A DNA stretch of 64,000 bases from Octopus sinensis (GCF_006345805.1 NC_042999.1:68448001-68512000), one strand, 5' to 3'. Shown: positions 39,961 through 53,119, counted from the first letter of the stretch. Numbers and translations are program-made. The notes: generated from the letters alone by a model not told the origin.

Positions 39961-41054
39961 GAGTGCTGCACTGAAGATCGCAAGATCGTGGTTTTGAATA
40001 TCAAACCAGGTGATGCAGCGCGTTTTGGAGCAAATATTGCTCCAGTTCACTCAACTGTAAATGAATAGCCCTGCACCAGACTGTGTCCTGCCTCGTGGGG
40101 AAAGTTGTGATCTCGGTCCGTCATGAGAATCGGGTAACCAGCTTCATGAGTCCTAAGACTTTTTACTTACATGTGCAGTCGAATTTAGCTTTTTACTAAC
40201 ATATTGCACTTTACGTGATATATGCAATCATTAGCGTGCACTGATCTCCGTTTTTTTGTTTCGTAACACTTGTCCATACATGTTATTATATATGTATGAA
40301 AATAAAGTAACGTATCATAACAGGATATCGTGATTCAACATAACCAAAAAATAAATACATAAATAAATAAAATAAATAAATAAAAGTAACAAAAAAACAA
40401 CAAAAAAATTACTTATTTGAATTGATAATCTCAACAAATTTTTTTTTTTTTTCGCTTTTCCAAATATAAAAGTGTAAGTGAAACAAAAAGGATTAGCAGC
40501 TGGCATCGAATTGACACAGATGCGACGTACAGTACATAGTAGATCAAAGACACCGAAGATCGATTCTCGTTCAGACGCGCGAAATACACGCATATATTTA
40601 AGCTCAAATGCTAACTTCAACAAAAATTTTCCTAGACTACCCTAATAATATTATGTACAAAACACTGTTTCTTTTTTACCTTCTACGGATCAATTATCAT
40701 TTGTATTTTAGTTGCGGGTTATCATTCCCGTTTTTTTTTTGTCGTCTTTGATGTTACTGTTGTAAGTAGCTGGTTTCATAATAGTTATTGTGGTCGATGT
40801 TATGTACTGTCCAAGCGGTTTTTATTATTTATCATCGAAGTTCTAGTACGCTGTCTGTGTTCTCTCAAACTATTATTGTTCTCGCCGTTGCTCTTGGTCT
40901 TCTACAATATATTCTTTTGACGGTTAACATTTATTTTGTTTATTTGTTTTAGATACTTTTAGTGTAGGTTTCCTTGTATTGCTGTCCCCGTTGTTGTAAG
41001 AACAGCGACAATGGCTTGAGAGAAAAGAGCTCCTTACAACACAACGAAACCTAT

Positions 41055-41509
41055 AGTATATACACACACACACACACACATATTCATATCTATCTATCTA
41101 TCTATATATCTATATATATATCTATCTATCTATCTACACACACACACTTTTAAATATATACATATATATCCATGTATGTATGTATTCATACGTATACACT
41201 CATAAATATATATATATCCATGTATGTATGTATTCATATGTATACACTCATAAATATATAGACATATGCACACATATGTATGTATATATACATGTATATA
41301 TATATTGTGTATATATATATATATGTATATATACATGTATGTATATACATATGCATATATATATATATATATGATATGTATATATACATGTATGTATATA
41401 CATATGCATATATATATAAATATATATATATTATATATATATACATGTATGTTATATACATATGCATATATATATATATATATATACATGTATGTATATA
41501 CATATGCAT

Positions 41510-41543
<34 letters not shown>

Positions 41544-41552
41544 ATATACATA

Positions 41553-41601
<49 letters not shown>

Positions 41602-41850
41602 ATATACATATGCATATATAATATTATATATATATTATATATATATATATACATGTATGTATATACATATGCATATATATATATATATATATCTATATGT
41701 TATATATACATGTATGTCTATATACATGCCATATATATATATATATAGACATACATGTATATATACACAGAAGCAAAAAATATATATGTATACATACATA
41801 TATATATTGACACACACATACATATATATGTGTGTGTGTATACATATACT
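41055..41850. repeat. TA-rich minisatellite
   Basis: Unit TACATGTATGTATATACATATGC(AT)n. Confidence 0.95.
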
Positions 41851-42517
41851 TTCATTCCTGCGTATGCTTATACACACATTTCTGATTCTTTTTTATTTTG
41901 TTATAATCGTTAATGTTTATTTTAATGTTTGCTAGTTAGTATTATTATCATTATTTTTATTTTTATTAGTAGTACTAGTAATACTTATATTGTGACAATT
42001 ATATTTCCATCATGGTATTGATGCTGTCCTAACGGTTTAGCGCCTTAATAATTTTTGTTGCAACTGTTGTTGTTGTTACACGTGGAGTTTTGTTACTTTT
42101 GTAGCCGTATTATTGGTTGTTATAGCAAAGGTGGCGAGCTGGCAGAATCGTTAGCATGCTGGGCAAAATGCTTAACGTCATTTCAAGTTCAAATACAGCC
42201 GAGTCCGTCTTTGTCTTTCATCGATGATAGAAGTACAGTTCATTATCGAAAGAAGTACAGTTCACGCAAAATTTCAGGCCTTGTGCCTATAATCGAAAAT
42301 TATTATTCTTACTGTGTCGAGCAGTCAAAATCGTTAGAACGGTGAAAAGCAAATGCTTTTCGTTCTGGTTAATTAAGTTCAAAGATCGATTCCTGACACT
42401 GAAAACTTTGCTTTTATTCTTTCGGAGTCGATGAAGTAAAATACGTATCAAGTATATTTATGCATCAAGTATATTATTCGCTTCCGTCAATAAATTCAAG
42501 CGCACGCGCGTTACAGA

Positions 42518-43026
42518 AGAAAAAAGATAGACAAGTATCAAAAGCAGAAAATCATTTATACAGAATTGGACATATACCGATAAGAGGATGAAGTTATATC
42601 TTTACAGCCGTTTCAGAGATGTAGCGATTGGTTGGTGTTATAATGCAACATCAAGGAGACAAGCTTAAGAATGAGCTAATATTACACACAGCAAATGGGC
42701 AAAAGTATTACTAATTTATATGAAGTTTGATACACGAGTATCTTAAAGCTGGAATCTCACTTGCCGTTATCCTTTTGAAGAAAATGTTCGGAGATACTGC
42801 TTGAAGATACTCGTGTCTCAAGTTTCATGCGCGTTGATAATATTTTATATTTTGTTTATGTGCTGTGATCAATACTGCCACCTGTTTGTATAAAATGTAT
42901 TATAACATCAACTATTTGCCGAATGTGCGAAACAGCAGTAAAGACTATCTTCATCCTGTTATATATTTATGTAACACCTTATACAAATGAGTTTCTACCA
43001 TCTAATTGTCTGCCTATCTTTTCTCT
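42518..43026. repeat. Diverged ~500-bp foldback (long inverted repeat)
   Basis: 42720-42758 pairs with 42791-42828; AGGATGAAG..TCTTTACAGCCGTTTC pairs with GAAACAGCAGTAAAGA..CTTCATCCT; outer arms also align. Confidence 0.75.
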
Positions 43027-43787
43027 TTATAACTCATGTAAGCTCCGTGTTTTTTATAGCCAACTCTTACTTTTGCTGGTCTAACTTAGCCTTATTAGAA
43101 AGTTGGAATTTCAGAATCTGACCACTTAGGGTTCTTACTCAGTACTCTTGTACTAGAGTCTTTCACCTATTATGTATGTATGTATGTATGTATGTATGTA
43201 TGTATGTATGTATGTATGTATGTATGTATGTATGTATGTATGTATGTATGTACGTACGTAGGCTGTGTGCATACTAGTTAGCATATTTAGCCTGTAACCA
43301 AAATCAGAATCTGGTTTCAGTCAAAGGTAGTAGACACCGAGATGATTAGTGAACCCTGGTCCGAGACTCATCAGTTACCCTTTTGACATTTAATTGAATC
43401 GGGAAAATGCCGTGTAAAATGTTCTGTTCACAAACATATGTGTATTTCACCAACAAATTTTAAAGCCATAGTACTTGAACGTGTTTTCCACTATCTTAAC
43501 CACTCGATTATTCAACCCTACGTGCTAGATAAATGTGTGTGTGTGTGTGTGGTGTTTGTGAGAGAGAGAGAGGGAGAGAGAGATTTTGTCCAGGTACATA
43601 GGGACGCCATCATATAAGTAAATCCATAACATGGTTTCATATAAGAATTTGTGTGGATATTATCAGTTCTTCATTGATGTGGCAAAGGGGACAGATCAAA
43701 AACTCTTTGCTTGTAAGCCTATATTGAGCACTTGAATGTTTACGCATATCAACCGCAACACACATTATTTAAATAAATATAGCTATG

Positions 43788-43833
<46 letters not shown>

Positions 43834-44004
43834 ATGTGTGTGTATATATGTGTGTGTGTGTATATATATGTGTATATATATATGTGTGTATATATATATG
43901 TATGTATGTATATATATGTGTGTATATATATATGTATGTATGTATATATATGTGTGTGTATATATATATGTGTATATATATATGTGTGTGTATATATATA
44001 TATA

Positions 44005-44035
<31 letters not shown>

Positions 44036-44137
44036 GTGTGTATATATATATATATATATGTGTGTGTGTATATATATAGATAGATAGATAGATAGATAAA
44101 TAGATTGATAGATAGATAGATAGAAAGATAGATAGAT
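43788..44137. repeat. (TA)n/(TG)n/(GATA)n compound microsatellite
   Basis: Direct inspection. Confidence 0.95.
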
Positions 44138-45026
44138 TTGTCATGATAAATAATGACAAATCCATCTTGAAGTATCGTCTGTAAATAAGGCGAAGACTTG
44201 CAGCTTACATGTGAACATGATCGGACGTCACTGATTATTGAAACAAAATCAAATATTAGAGACGAAGAGCGAAAAAATTCAAAAGGAAAAAATGGCCGCC
44301 CCGAGTCTTAAAGCAAGCCAATGTTTGATTTATTAAAGCTTTTAATGGATATTAGGACGTGTCAAAGCATGAATTGGTCTCTCTGTGTTTGTTTAGTTTG
44401 ATAGACATAAATTCGTTTTTGTACACATTGTTCTCTTTAGTTGCGTAAGAGAAGAGACTTGAATGAGATATAATCTAAAATGGAATCGTAAGGTAAAGTA
44501 TTTCTAAATCACGGTTATTAAGCATTTGTCTCTTTTTTTTCAATAATTTTTGCCATGACACTCCTTTGAGATTTTAGTGAAACATACGGACTCGTTCTCA
44601 GAGCTGAACGTTGTGGTGTCTTACTAAATAAAAGTCTACTAATTATAGATTTATTTATGATCTTTTCTGTTATTTTTTTTCTGGTAGTCTAGCATATTTT
44701 TTATGAGTAGTAGTTAATTGTACAGTTCATGATATTAGTAGCATTAAACTTTTGCAGAAGGTCGGTAGATATTCAAATATGAAGCTTCTTTATTTTTGTC
44801 ACTTTGAAAAAGAGGCTTAGCCTTTACGATGCAGTTTTGACTATATTATAAAGATGCGATCACATTGAAAGGGTATCAGTGATTTATACAAATATCCCTG
44901 TAATTTGACACAAGAAAGCCTTATCGATACATATTAAATAAACAGTGAACAGATATTATTCAACAATTTAAATAGTAAGTTATTTCTACGAAATATCAAC
45001 CCTATTCATTGTAGTTAAGTTTTAAT

Positions 45027-45332
45027 GTTTGTTTGTTCCTTATCGAGCCACGCCTGGCTCATAAGGGCCGGTTTCCCGGTTTCCTTGGTGTATAGGTTCC
45101 TCACATGGACGGGACGCCGGTCCGTCGTAGGTGAGCTGCAAGATGCAGGAGGAAAGAGTGAGAGAAAGTTGTGGCGAAAGAGTCAGCAGAAGTTCGCCAT
45201 TACCTTCTGCCGGAGCCGCGTGGAGCTTAGGTGTTTCGCTCATAAACACGCACATCGCCCGGTCTGAGATTCGAACCCGCGATCCCTCGACCGCGAATCC
45301 GCTGCTCTAACCACGAGGCCATGTGCCTCCAC
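45027..45332 (-). mobile_element. SINE related to family C
   Basis: Head GTGGAGGCACATGGCCTCGTGGTTAGAG...GGTTCGAATCTC; TSD-like AAGTTTTAATGTT/AAGTTTCAATGTT. Confidence 0.85.
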
Positions 45333-45944
45333 AAGTTTCAATGTTGATATATTCCTTGCAAGAAGTGTCAAAATGCTAACAACATACAACTGTTATAATA
45401 AAACATGTTGGTATGTATGTTGTTACTACATACAACTACCTGACTTAAATGATACACGTCAATAAAGAATGTGACAAAATTATTTCGGTAAGTACGGAAG
45501 ATAACTCATCACGTTTCGATCTTATGATTTTATCGTACTTGTCTGCGTCTGACACAGTGATGTAGATGTCAAATTTCCTTTTAATTATAGGTTTACGAGT
45601 GTCCCAGCATTGTCTTTAGAAGCTTATAATTCGCTGCCTCTCGCAGGAATTCTATCCCTAACATGTTCGTTACTATTTACACTGTTAAATCGATAGCATC
45701 CCCATGAAGAGTTGTTCTAGATTCTCAGAAGTATTTTCTTGTTTGAAGAAGTCTGGGAGACATCAGTCGATTAAATTAATCCCAGTGTACTTGAGTATGA
45801 CTTTATTTTAACAACCTCAGAAGGAAGAACAGGAAATTTGACTTTGACAAAATTGAACTCAAAACGAAAGGGCTAGAATTTGATAAGACAAATTTTTGCT
45901 TGACGTTTTTACGATTCTGCAAATTAACTACTTCAATAATAATC

Positions 45945-46157
45945 TTTTCTACTATAGGCAGAAGGCTTGACATTTTGGGAGAGACGATAAGTCGATTTCA
46001 TCGACCCCAGTGCTCAACTGCTACTTAATTTATCGACCCGAAAGGATGAAAGGCAAAGTCGACCTCGGCAGAATTTGCACTCAGAACGTAACGACGGGTG
46101 AAATATGGCTAAGCATTTTGCCCGGCGTGTTAACGATTCTGCCAGCTCGCCGCCTTA
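45945..46157 (-). mobile_element. SINE family B
   Basis: Family match. Confidence 0.85.
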
Positions 46158-46172
46158 ACTACTTCAACATAA

Positions 46173-46210
<38 letters not shown>

Positions 46211-46604
46211 AGGTTTACAGTTAAGTAATTACTCAGGGGCGCCATCTTCCTGAAAACAACAGTTAAATTAGAGTTGATATATTAGAAATAGGGAATGTTA
46301 AAAAAAAAGCTTAAGTGATATAAGTGAGCGATGAGAAATTTAGTATTTACAGAATGAATGTGCATCTACAATAACAAAGAATTTGAGAATGCATACGATT
46401 TCAATACCATTCGTTGAATCGCAGAGAATTCTTCGAATCGTTTGATTAATCAACAGACCAGTTACAATGTTATGGTAAAACGTAATAGTATATTTTATGT
46501 ATTATTAAAAACCAAAGATTTTATATCTAACTACATTGTACATATATCGTATATAGATATATGTGTTAATTATTCTCGATAGATAATATGATAGTATGCA
46601 AGTT

Positions 46605-46910
46605 CCTAGGGTATTCGGCCCACAATTGTAAGGTCGTGAGTTCAATTCCCGGCGGCAAGTCGTGTCCTTGAGCAAAACACTTTATTTCATGGTGCTCCAG
46701 TTCACTCAGCGGGTAAAAATGCGTAGTACCCGTATTCCAAATGGCCAGCCTTGTCACATTCTGTGTCCCACTGAATCTCCCTGAGAACTACGTTAGGGGT
46801 ACACGTGTCTGTGGAGTACTCAACCAGTTGTACGGTAGTTTCAGGTGAAGGCTGTTCCGTTGATCGAAGTGGAACCCTCGCCGTCGTAACCAACGGAATG
46901 CCAGTTACAA
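46605..46910 (+). mobile_element. tRNA-derived SINE (shared core, distinct tail)
   Basis: B-box GAGTTCAATTCCC, GTGTCCTTGAGCAA core, A-rich end. Confidence 0.75.
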
Positions 46911-46934
46911 AAAAAAAAAGAAATGAGAGTATGG

Positions 46935-47002
<68 letters not shown>

Positions 47003-47079
47003 ATGTATGTATGTACGTACGTACGTACGTACGTACATATGAATGTATCTGACTGTGTGTATGTGTATCTCATGTTGTA

Positions 47080-47320
47080 ATTGTTTCGGTCATTGGACTG
47101 TGGCCATGCTGGAACCGCTGGGTTACGGGGGACGTAAACAAACCAATATTACTTATCAAACGGTGGTGGTGCACAAACACAAACACACATTGGTATATAC
47201 ATATACGACGGGCTTCTTTCAGTTTCCGTCCACCACAGCCATATGTCCGGGGTGCTACGCAGAGATATTCAACCTGGAACTATATGGCTTGGTAGCAAAG
47301 TTCTTACCACACAGCCATTA
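47080..47320 (-). mobile_element. Deleted SINE family A
   Basis: Patchy family match. Confidence 0.65.
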
Positions 47321-47457
47321 CATGTGTGACTATGTTTCTCTCTCTCCCTCTCTCTCACACACACAAACTGTTTGCATATTCGCAAAAACATACGCACACT
47401 TGTACACACGTACATATGCATTTCAGTCGGTAAAGCATCAGATTATATATATATATA

Positions 47458-48131
47458 ATCTCCCTTTTAGTAGAAAGAATAGCTATAACTCTTTGACTGC
47501 TATTTCTAAATTCGGTGTGTGGTGAGGCAAGTCGTTGCTAAACCCTTAATTGCTTAGTATTACTTAAATTTTCCTCGAATGAGGCTTTTACATGCCGAAA
47601 TCTACTTGGTGTAATTAATAATTATTCCAAATTAATTAATTTCACCCTATATTTTTACTGATAACCATATTTCATCCAGTAAATGACCACAGCATCTTGT
47701 GTCTTGGCTGCACGCGGTGGGAAGGGGCTGGTGACACAAACTTTCATTCACACTTTGAATTGGTGGTACTGGTAATGGCTTTAGCTCGCTCTGATACTGA
47801 GTTGAGACGATGCCTTCTAGTATCCTCGAATTTATATACAATTTTCATAATTGTAGTGTCCTACGCTGATGAGAAAAGAAGTTGGGTAAGATAGAATTAT
47901 CTAATTCTTATGCTTTCCTAAAACTTGATTTCGAAACGTACGTCCGTAGGTGACTTAAAATTGTATGATAGATTGCCGTCATTTCATTCTCTCTTACCTG
48001 TCCGTGTTTGCCTTTCAAGTGCTGTGTTTTTACTGAGATCTCCCTTTTACTAGAAAGAATAGCTATAACTCTTTGACTGCTATTTCTAAATTCGGTGTGT
48101 GGTGAGGCAATTCGTTGCTAAACCCTTAATT
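47458..48131 (+). mobile_element. Diverged copy of the hammerhead-bearing unit (~580-bp monomer plus ~94-bp terminal direct repeat)
   Basis: Reverse-complement homolog of the 33350-34699 unit; 47458-47551 repeated at 48038-48131; flanked by (TA)n. Confidence 0.85.
47860..47950 (+). ncRNA. Type I hammerhead ribozyme motif with long stem II
   Basis: CCTACG-CTGATGA-GAAA...TTTC-GAAAC-GTAC-GTC-CGTAGG: canonical core, perfect 6-bp stem I, GUC cleavage triplet. Confidence 0.9.
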
Positions 48132-48236
48132 ACTATATATATATATATATATAATATATAGATAGATATACATACACACACTTATATACATATATATATA
48201 TATATATATATACATATATATATACATACACACACT

Positions 48237-48269
<33 letters not shown>

Positions 48270-48660
48270 ATACACACACTTATATACATATATATATATA
48301 TAATATATATAGATATACACACACACACACATATATATATATACATACACACGTATATATATACATACTTACACACACCTATATATGCATACATACACAC
48401 ACACACCTATATATATACATACATACACATATATATATACATACACACACACACACATATATATATACATACACACACACACATATATACATACACACAC
48501 ACACATATATACATACACACACACACATATATACATACATACACAAATATATATATACATATATATATACATACATACACAAATATATATATACATATAT
48601 ATATATATACATACACACATATATATACATATATATATATATATACACACACATATATAC

Positions 48661-48691
<31 letters not shown>

Positions 48692-48823
48692 TATACATAT
48701 ATATATATACATTAATATATACATATATATAAATATATTACATTCATATACATACATGTATACATACATGAATACATACGCACATATACATACATATATA
48801 TATATATATTTATAATAACAAGC

Positions 48824-48857
<34 letters not shown>

Positions 48858-48860
48858 TGG
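48132..48860. repeat. TA/CA/GA compound microsatellite
   Basis: Direct inspection. Confidence 0.95.
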
Positions 48861-49183
48861 TAAGGGATAGATAAAATACGCATATACGGCGGAGTCAGTA
48901 AAGTTTTACTTGGAGACAGCTCTATGCTTAATCACCCTGGGTCGGATCGCATGGATAAGGGTGTAAGACACCAGTCACCCACTAAATCCAGGGTAGATGT
49001 ATATAGTTGAAACACACACACACACGCATACATTTATATAATATACATATGTATATAGGAAATACAACTGAATACGAATATAAATCCATATATAATAAAC
49101 ACAAATTTATGTACACCACACACACGCGTACATATATATATATATAATATATATATATATACACTTCTATATAAAAATACAAT

Positions 49184-49347
49184 AGGCGCAGGAGTGGCTG
49201 TGTGGTATGTAGCTTGGTTCCGGGTTTCAGTCCCACTGCGTGGCAACTTGGGCACGTTTCTACTATAGCCTTGTGAGTGGATTTGGTAGACGGAAACTGA
49301 AAGAAACCGTCGTATATTATAGATATATATATATATAGATATATATA

Positions 49348-49378
<31 letters not shown>

Positions 49379-49580
49379 GTGGTGTGTGTGTGTATGTTTG
49401 TGTGTGTGTTTGTCCCTCCAGCATCGCTTGACAACCGATGCTGGTGTGTTTACGTCCCCTTAACGTAGCGGTTCGGCAAAAAAACCGATAGAATAAGTAC
49501 TAAGCTTACAAAGAATAAGTCCTGGGGTCGATTTGCTCGACTAAAGGCGGTGCTCCAGCATGACTGAAACAAGTAAAAGA
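49184..49580 (+). mobile_element. SINE family A
   Basis: Head GGCGCAGGAGTGGCTGTGTGG on plus strand; body match. Confidence 0.85.
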
Positions 49581-49600
49581 GAGTATAGAATACACATACA

Positions 49601-49639
<39 letters not shown>

Positions 49640-49641
<2 letters not shown>

Positions 49642-50450
49642 TTTTAATCCAAACGGGAAACAAAAAACAAACAACACATGGAACAATTACAGTATTATTA
49701 TATAGAGGAGGCGCTCAGGAAAAGGAAGCAGGGAGGTATGACGTTTCGAGCGGAGCTCTTCGTCGTCGGAAACATAAAGAAGGAAGAGAGAGGAAAGAAG
49801 ATCCCAGAGCGGGCAACAGGGAAAGAGAAAAAGACGACTGGTGTTTACGAGTTGCACATGGTGAAAGGCGGATGTTTACGAAAAACAGAGCAAAGTGGGT
49901 TTTAAAGGCAAAAGAGTGGAGACAAGGTTGGTAACGCAACAGATGTGTGTGTATGTGTGAGTGTGTGCGTGTGTGTATGTGTGTGGTGAGGCGAGATGAA
50001 AAAACAAAAAAATATATATGTGTGTGTTAGTGTGTGCGTCTGTGTGTAGGCGTGTGAGGTAGGGGCGAGATAGTGGTCAGCTTAGCAGACAAAGGTCAGT
50101 AGTAAGAAAAAGAAGGAAGGAGGAAGGGAGGGAGGGGAAGGGGGTGGGGGCGTATGTAGCGTGCCAGCGTTTGTTGAGTAGTAGTGTGTGTGTGTGTCCA
50201 GTCGTTGGGTGGTATAAATGGCGAGTAGATTGAATGTGTGTAAGAGTAATGTATATATTTAAGCAATGTGTGTATATGTGTGCGCGTGTGTGTAACGAAA
50301 AAGGGGGGGGGGTTAAGGAAAAGGACTCCAGCTGAGGGAAGATGGAAGAGTGGTCCCGCGGAGGCGGGCGTGGGAAAACCCAACGACACGCGACGGTCCA
50401 GGAACGGGCGGGAGGTCTTGTCGGTTCCAAGAGCGAGGTGCTGCGGAGCG
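49640..50450 (-). mobile_element. Penelope-like 3' end / pseudo-LTR with degenerate hammerhead
   Basis: Minus-strand CGACGA-AGAGC-TCC-GCTC-GAAAC-GTC at ~49739-49768; 50300-50450 resembles a garbled GIY-YIG C-terminus (QHLALGTDK...RVSLGF). Confidence 0.45.
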
Positions 50451-52480
50451 TATGCGTACGCGAACCGGCGCAAGCGCGTGCGTGCGTGCGCGAGCCTGCG
50501 AGTATGTGCGTAAGTATGTATGTGTGTGGATGTGTGAGTGTGTCTGTGTGTATGTCCGGGTGGCAGTGTGTCCGATGAATGTATGTGAGTATGTGTGTGC
50601 ATAGATGTATGTCCGTGTGTGTGTGTGTGTGTGTATGTGTGTGAGTGTGTATGTATGTACGTGTGGGTGTATGTATGCGTGTGTGTATGTATGTATGTGT
50701 ACGTGCGTGTGTGTGTGTGTATGCGTGTAGGTGTGCGCGTGTGCATGCATGCATGCATGCATGTGCGTATGTTGTTGTGTGTGTGCATGTGTGTGGGGTA
50801 TATATGTATGTGCGTATATGTGTGTGTGTGTGTGCGTATATGTGTGTGGTGTGTATGCATGTGTGTGTATGTAGGTGTGTGGGCGGTGTGTATAGGTGTA
50901 TGTATGTAAGTATGTATGGGTGTGTCCGTGTATGTGTGTGTATGTATGTGTGTGTATGTAGGTGTGTGGGCGTGTGTATGTGTGTGTATGTAGGTGTGTG
51001 GGCGTGGATATAGGTGTATGTGTGTATGTCTGGGGTGTGTCCGTGCATGTTTGTGTGTGTGTGTGTATGCATGTGTATGTAGTGTGTGTGTACGTGTGTA
51101 TGCGTGTGTATGCGTGCGTTGTGTGTATGTAGGTGCGTGTGTATGCGTGTGCGTGTGCGGTTTATGTTGGTGTGTGCGTATGTGAGTGTGAGTGTATGGG
51201 TGTTTGTCATGCATGTGTGTGCGCGTGCAGGTGAGTGTGTGTGTGGTAGTATGTGTGTGTGTATGTTTGTGTGAGTGTGTATGTGTGTATGTCTATGTGT
51301 ATGTATGTGCGTATAGGAGTATGTGGGTATGTTGTGTGTGTATATGGGTGTATGTATGTATGTGTGTGTGTGTGCATGTGTATAAGTATATGTGTGTGTG
51401 TGCGTATGTGTGTATATGTGTATGTGTGTGTGTTTATGTATGTGTGTATGTATGTGTGTAGGCGTGTGTGTGTAGATGTATGTATGGGTGTGTGTCCGTG
51501 TGTGTGTAGGTAGATGTGTGTGTCTGAGTGAGGGTATGGCTGTGTAGGTGTGTGTGTGTATGAATGTAAGTGTGTGTGTATACAAGTGTAATGTATGTAT
51601 GTAGGTGTGTGTGTGTGTATGTGTTACGTGTGCGTGTGTATGTGTGTGTGTGTATGCGTGTGAGTGTGAGTGTATGGGTGTATGTCTGTGTGTGTGTATG
51701 TCTGAAGTAGGTATGTATGTGTATGTATGTATGTGTGGTGTGTGTGCAGGTATGTGTGTGTATGTGTGTGTGTGAGTAGGTGTGCGGATGTATGTGGGTA
51801 GGGATGCATGCGAGTGTGTGGGTATGTATGCATACATACGCACGCGCACATCCGAAGCAAGCCCACACACACGAAGCGCGCCCACGCACACAACGCACAA
51901 GCAGTACAACGCAAGCCCAAGGGGCCGACCAAGCCCCCAGCGCGCACCAAGGCGCGCGAGCGCAAAGGCCCTCGAACGCCCCGCTACGCGGGAACCGAGG
52001 ATCCATCAGCCAAAAACCGGAAAGCAAAAAAAAGGGGGGGGCTGCCTGGATGCAAAAAGGTGTATGTGTGTGTGCATTCAGTGTAAGGGTGTGCATGTGT
52101 AGGTATGTATGTATGTATGTGCCTACATGTATGTTTGCATGTGGTGTGTGTGAAGTATGTACGTGGGTGTGTGTGTGAGTGTGTGTGTATGTATGTGCGT
52201 ATGTATGTGTGGGTGTTATGTTGTATGTATGTTGTGTGTGTGTGTGTGTGTGTAAGTATGTATGTGGTGCGTATGTATGTATGTGTGTGTGTATGTGCAT
52301 GTTGGTTTGTATGTTAGTGTGTGTTAGTATGTCTGTAAGTGTGTGTGATTAATGTGTGAATGTATGTACGTAGATGGGTCTACGTATGTGTGTGTGTGAA
52401 CAGGCGTGTGGGGGAGGTAGGTGGGTGGGTGGGGTGGGAGGTGGTAGGTGGGGGGTGTGTGTGAGTGGTGTGTCCACAAA
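50450..52480. repeat. Highly degenerate (GT)n array
   Basis: GT/GTAT/GCGT low complexity; looks like poorly polished sequence; source of the spurious 610-aa ORF. Confidence 0.85.
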
Positions 52481-53119
52481 AAAAAAAAAACGGATCTCAA
52501 GAGGAGGGGCTGTGTTAAGTCCGTTGTGGTGGTAGTTTTTGTAGGGTGAAGATGTAGCGTTGCTCCAAGTGGAGCCTGGAAAGTGGGCGACCATGGTGGG
52601 GGGCGAGACCAAACACTGAGTTGTCATCTAGGGAATGGCCGGCCGAGCGGAAGTGGCGTGCGACGGGAGAAAGAGAGTGTAGGCGAACGTCCCTCAAGTG
52701 TTCAGTGAAACGGTCGGACAACCGGCGTCCCGTCTGTCCTACATACAGCATCCCGCATAGGTTGCATTTAATGCAGTAAATAAGGCCAGACGAGGTGCAC
52801 GAAAAGAGTGCCTAATGCGTACAGTGTGCAGGTTGGAGCCGGTGACAGCGGCGGTGGTGTTGGTGATGAAGGGGCAAGTGTTGCAACGGGATCTAGAGCA
52901 AGGGAATGATCCGTGTGGGGCTGAGGGGGAAGAGAGAGAGGGTGCTGTGGACCAGGAGGTCACGCAGATTGCGGGCTCGTTTGAAAGAGGACAGGGGTAG
53001 GTTAGGGAAAATGGGGCGGGTGGTGGGATCAATGGCGGCGAGGCGACGGAAGGCACGTAGTATCTTGCGACGAAGGGGTAGGGTAGAGGGGTGGAAAAGG
53101 AGGGGGAAGGGGGTGCGGT
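52480..53119 (-). pseudogene. Penelope-like element: RT-endonuclease linker plus GIY-YIG endonuclease, frameshifted
   Basis: Motifs IDPTTRPIFPNLPLSSFKRARNLRDLLVHS, PCSRSRCNTCPFI, LYVGQTGRRLSDRFTEHLRDVR, PVARHF, LEQRYIFTL, HNGLN, spread over several frames. Confidence 0.9.

Noticed and set aside
45503-45540. Minus-strand CGATAA-AATC-ATAA-GATC-GAAAC-GTG
   Set aside because: Too many core mismatches to call; at best a relic
50077-51909. 610-aa His/Thr-rich ORF
   Set aside because: Translation of a degenerate (CA)n array; no domain
51840-52060. GC-rich island within the GT array
   Set aside because: Lies in apparently error-rich sequence; no interpretable structure
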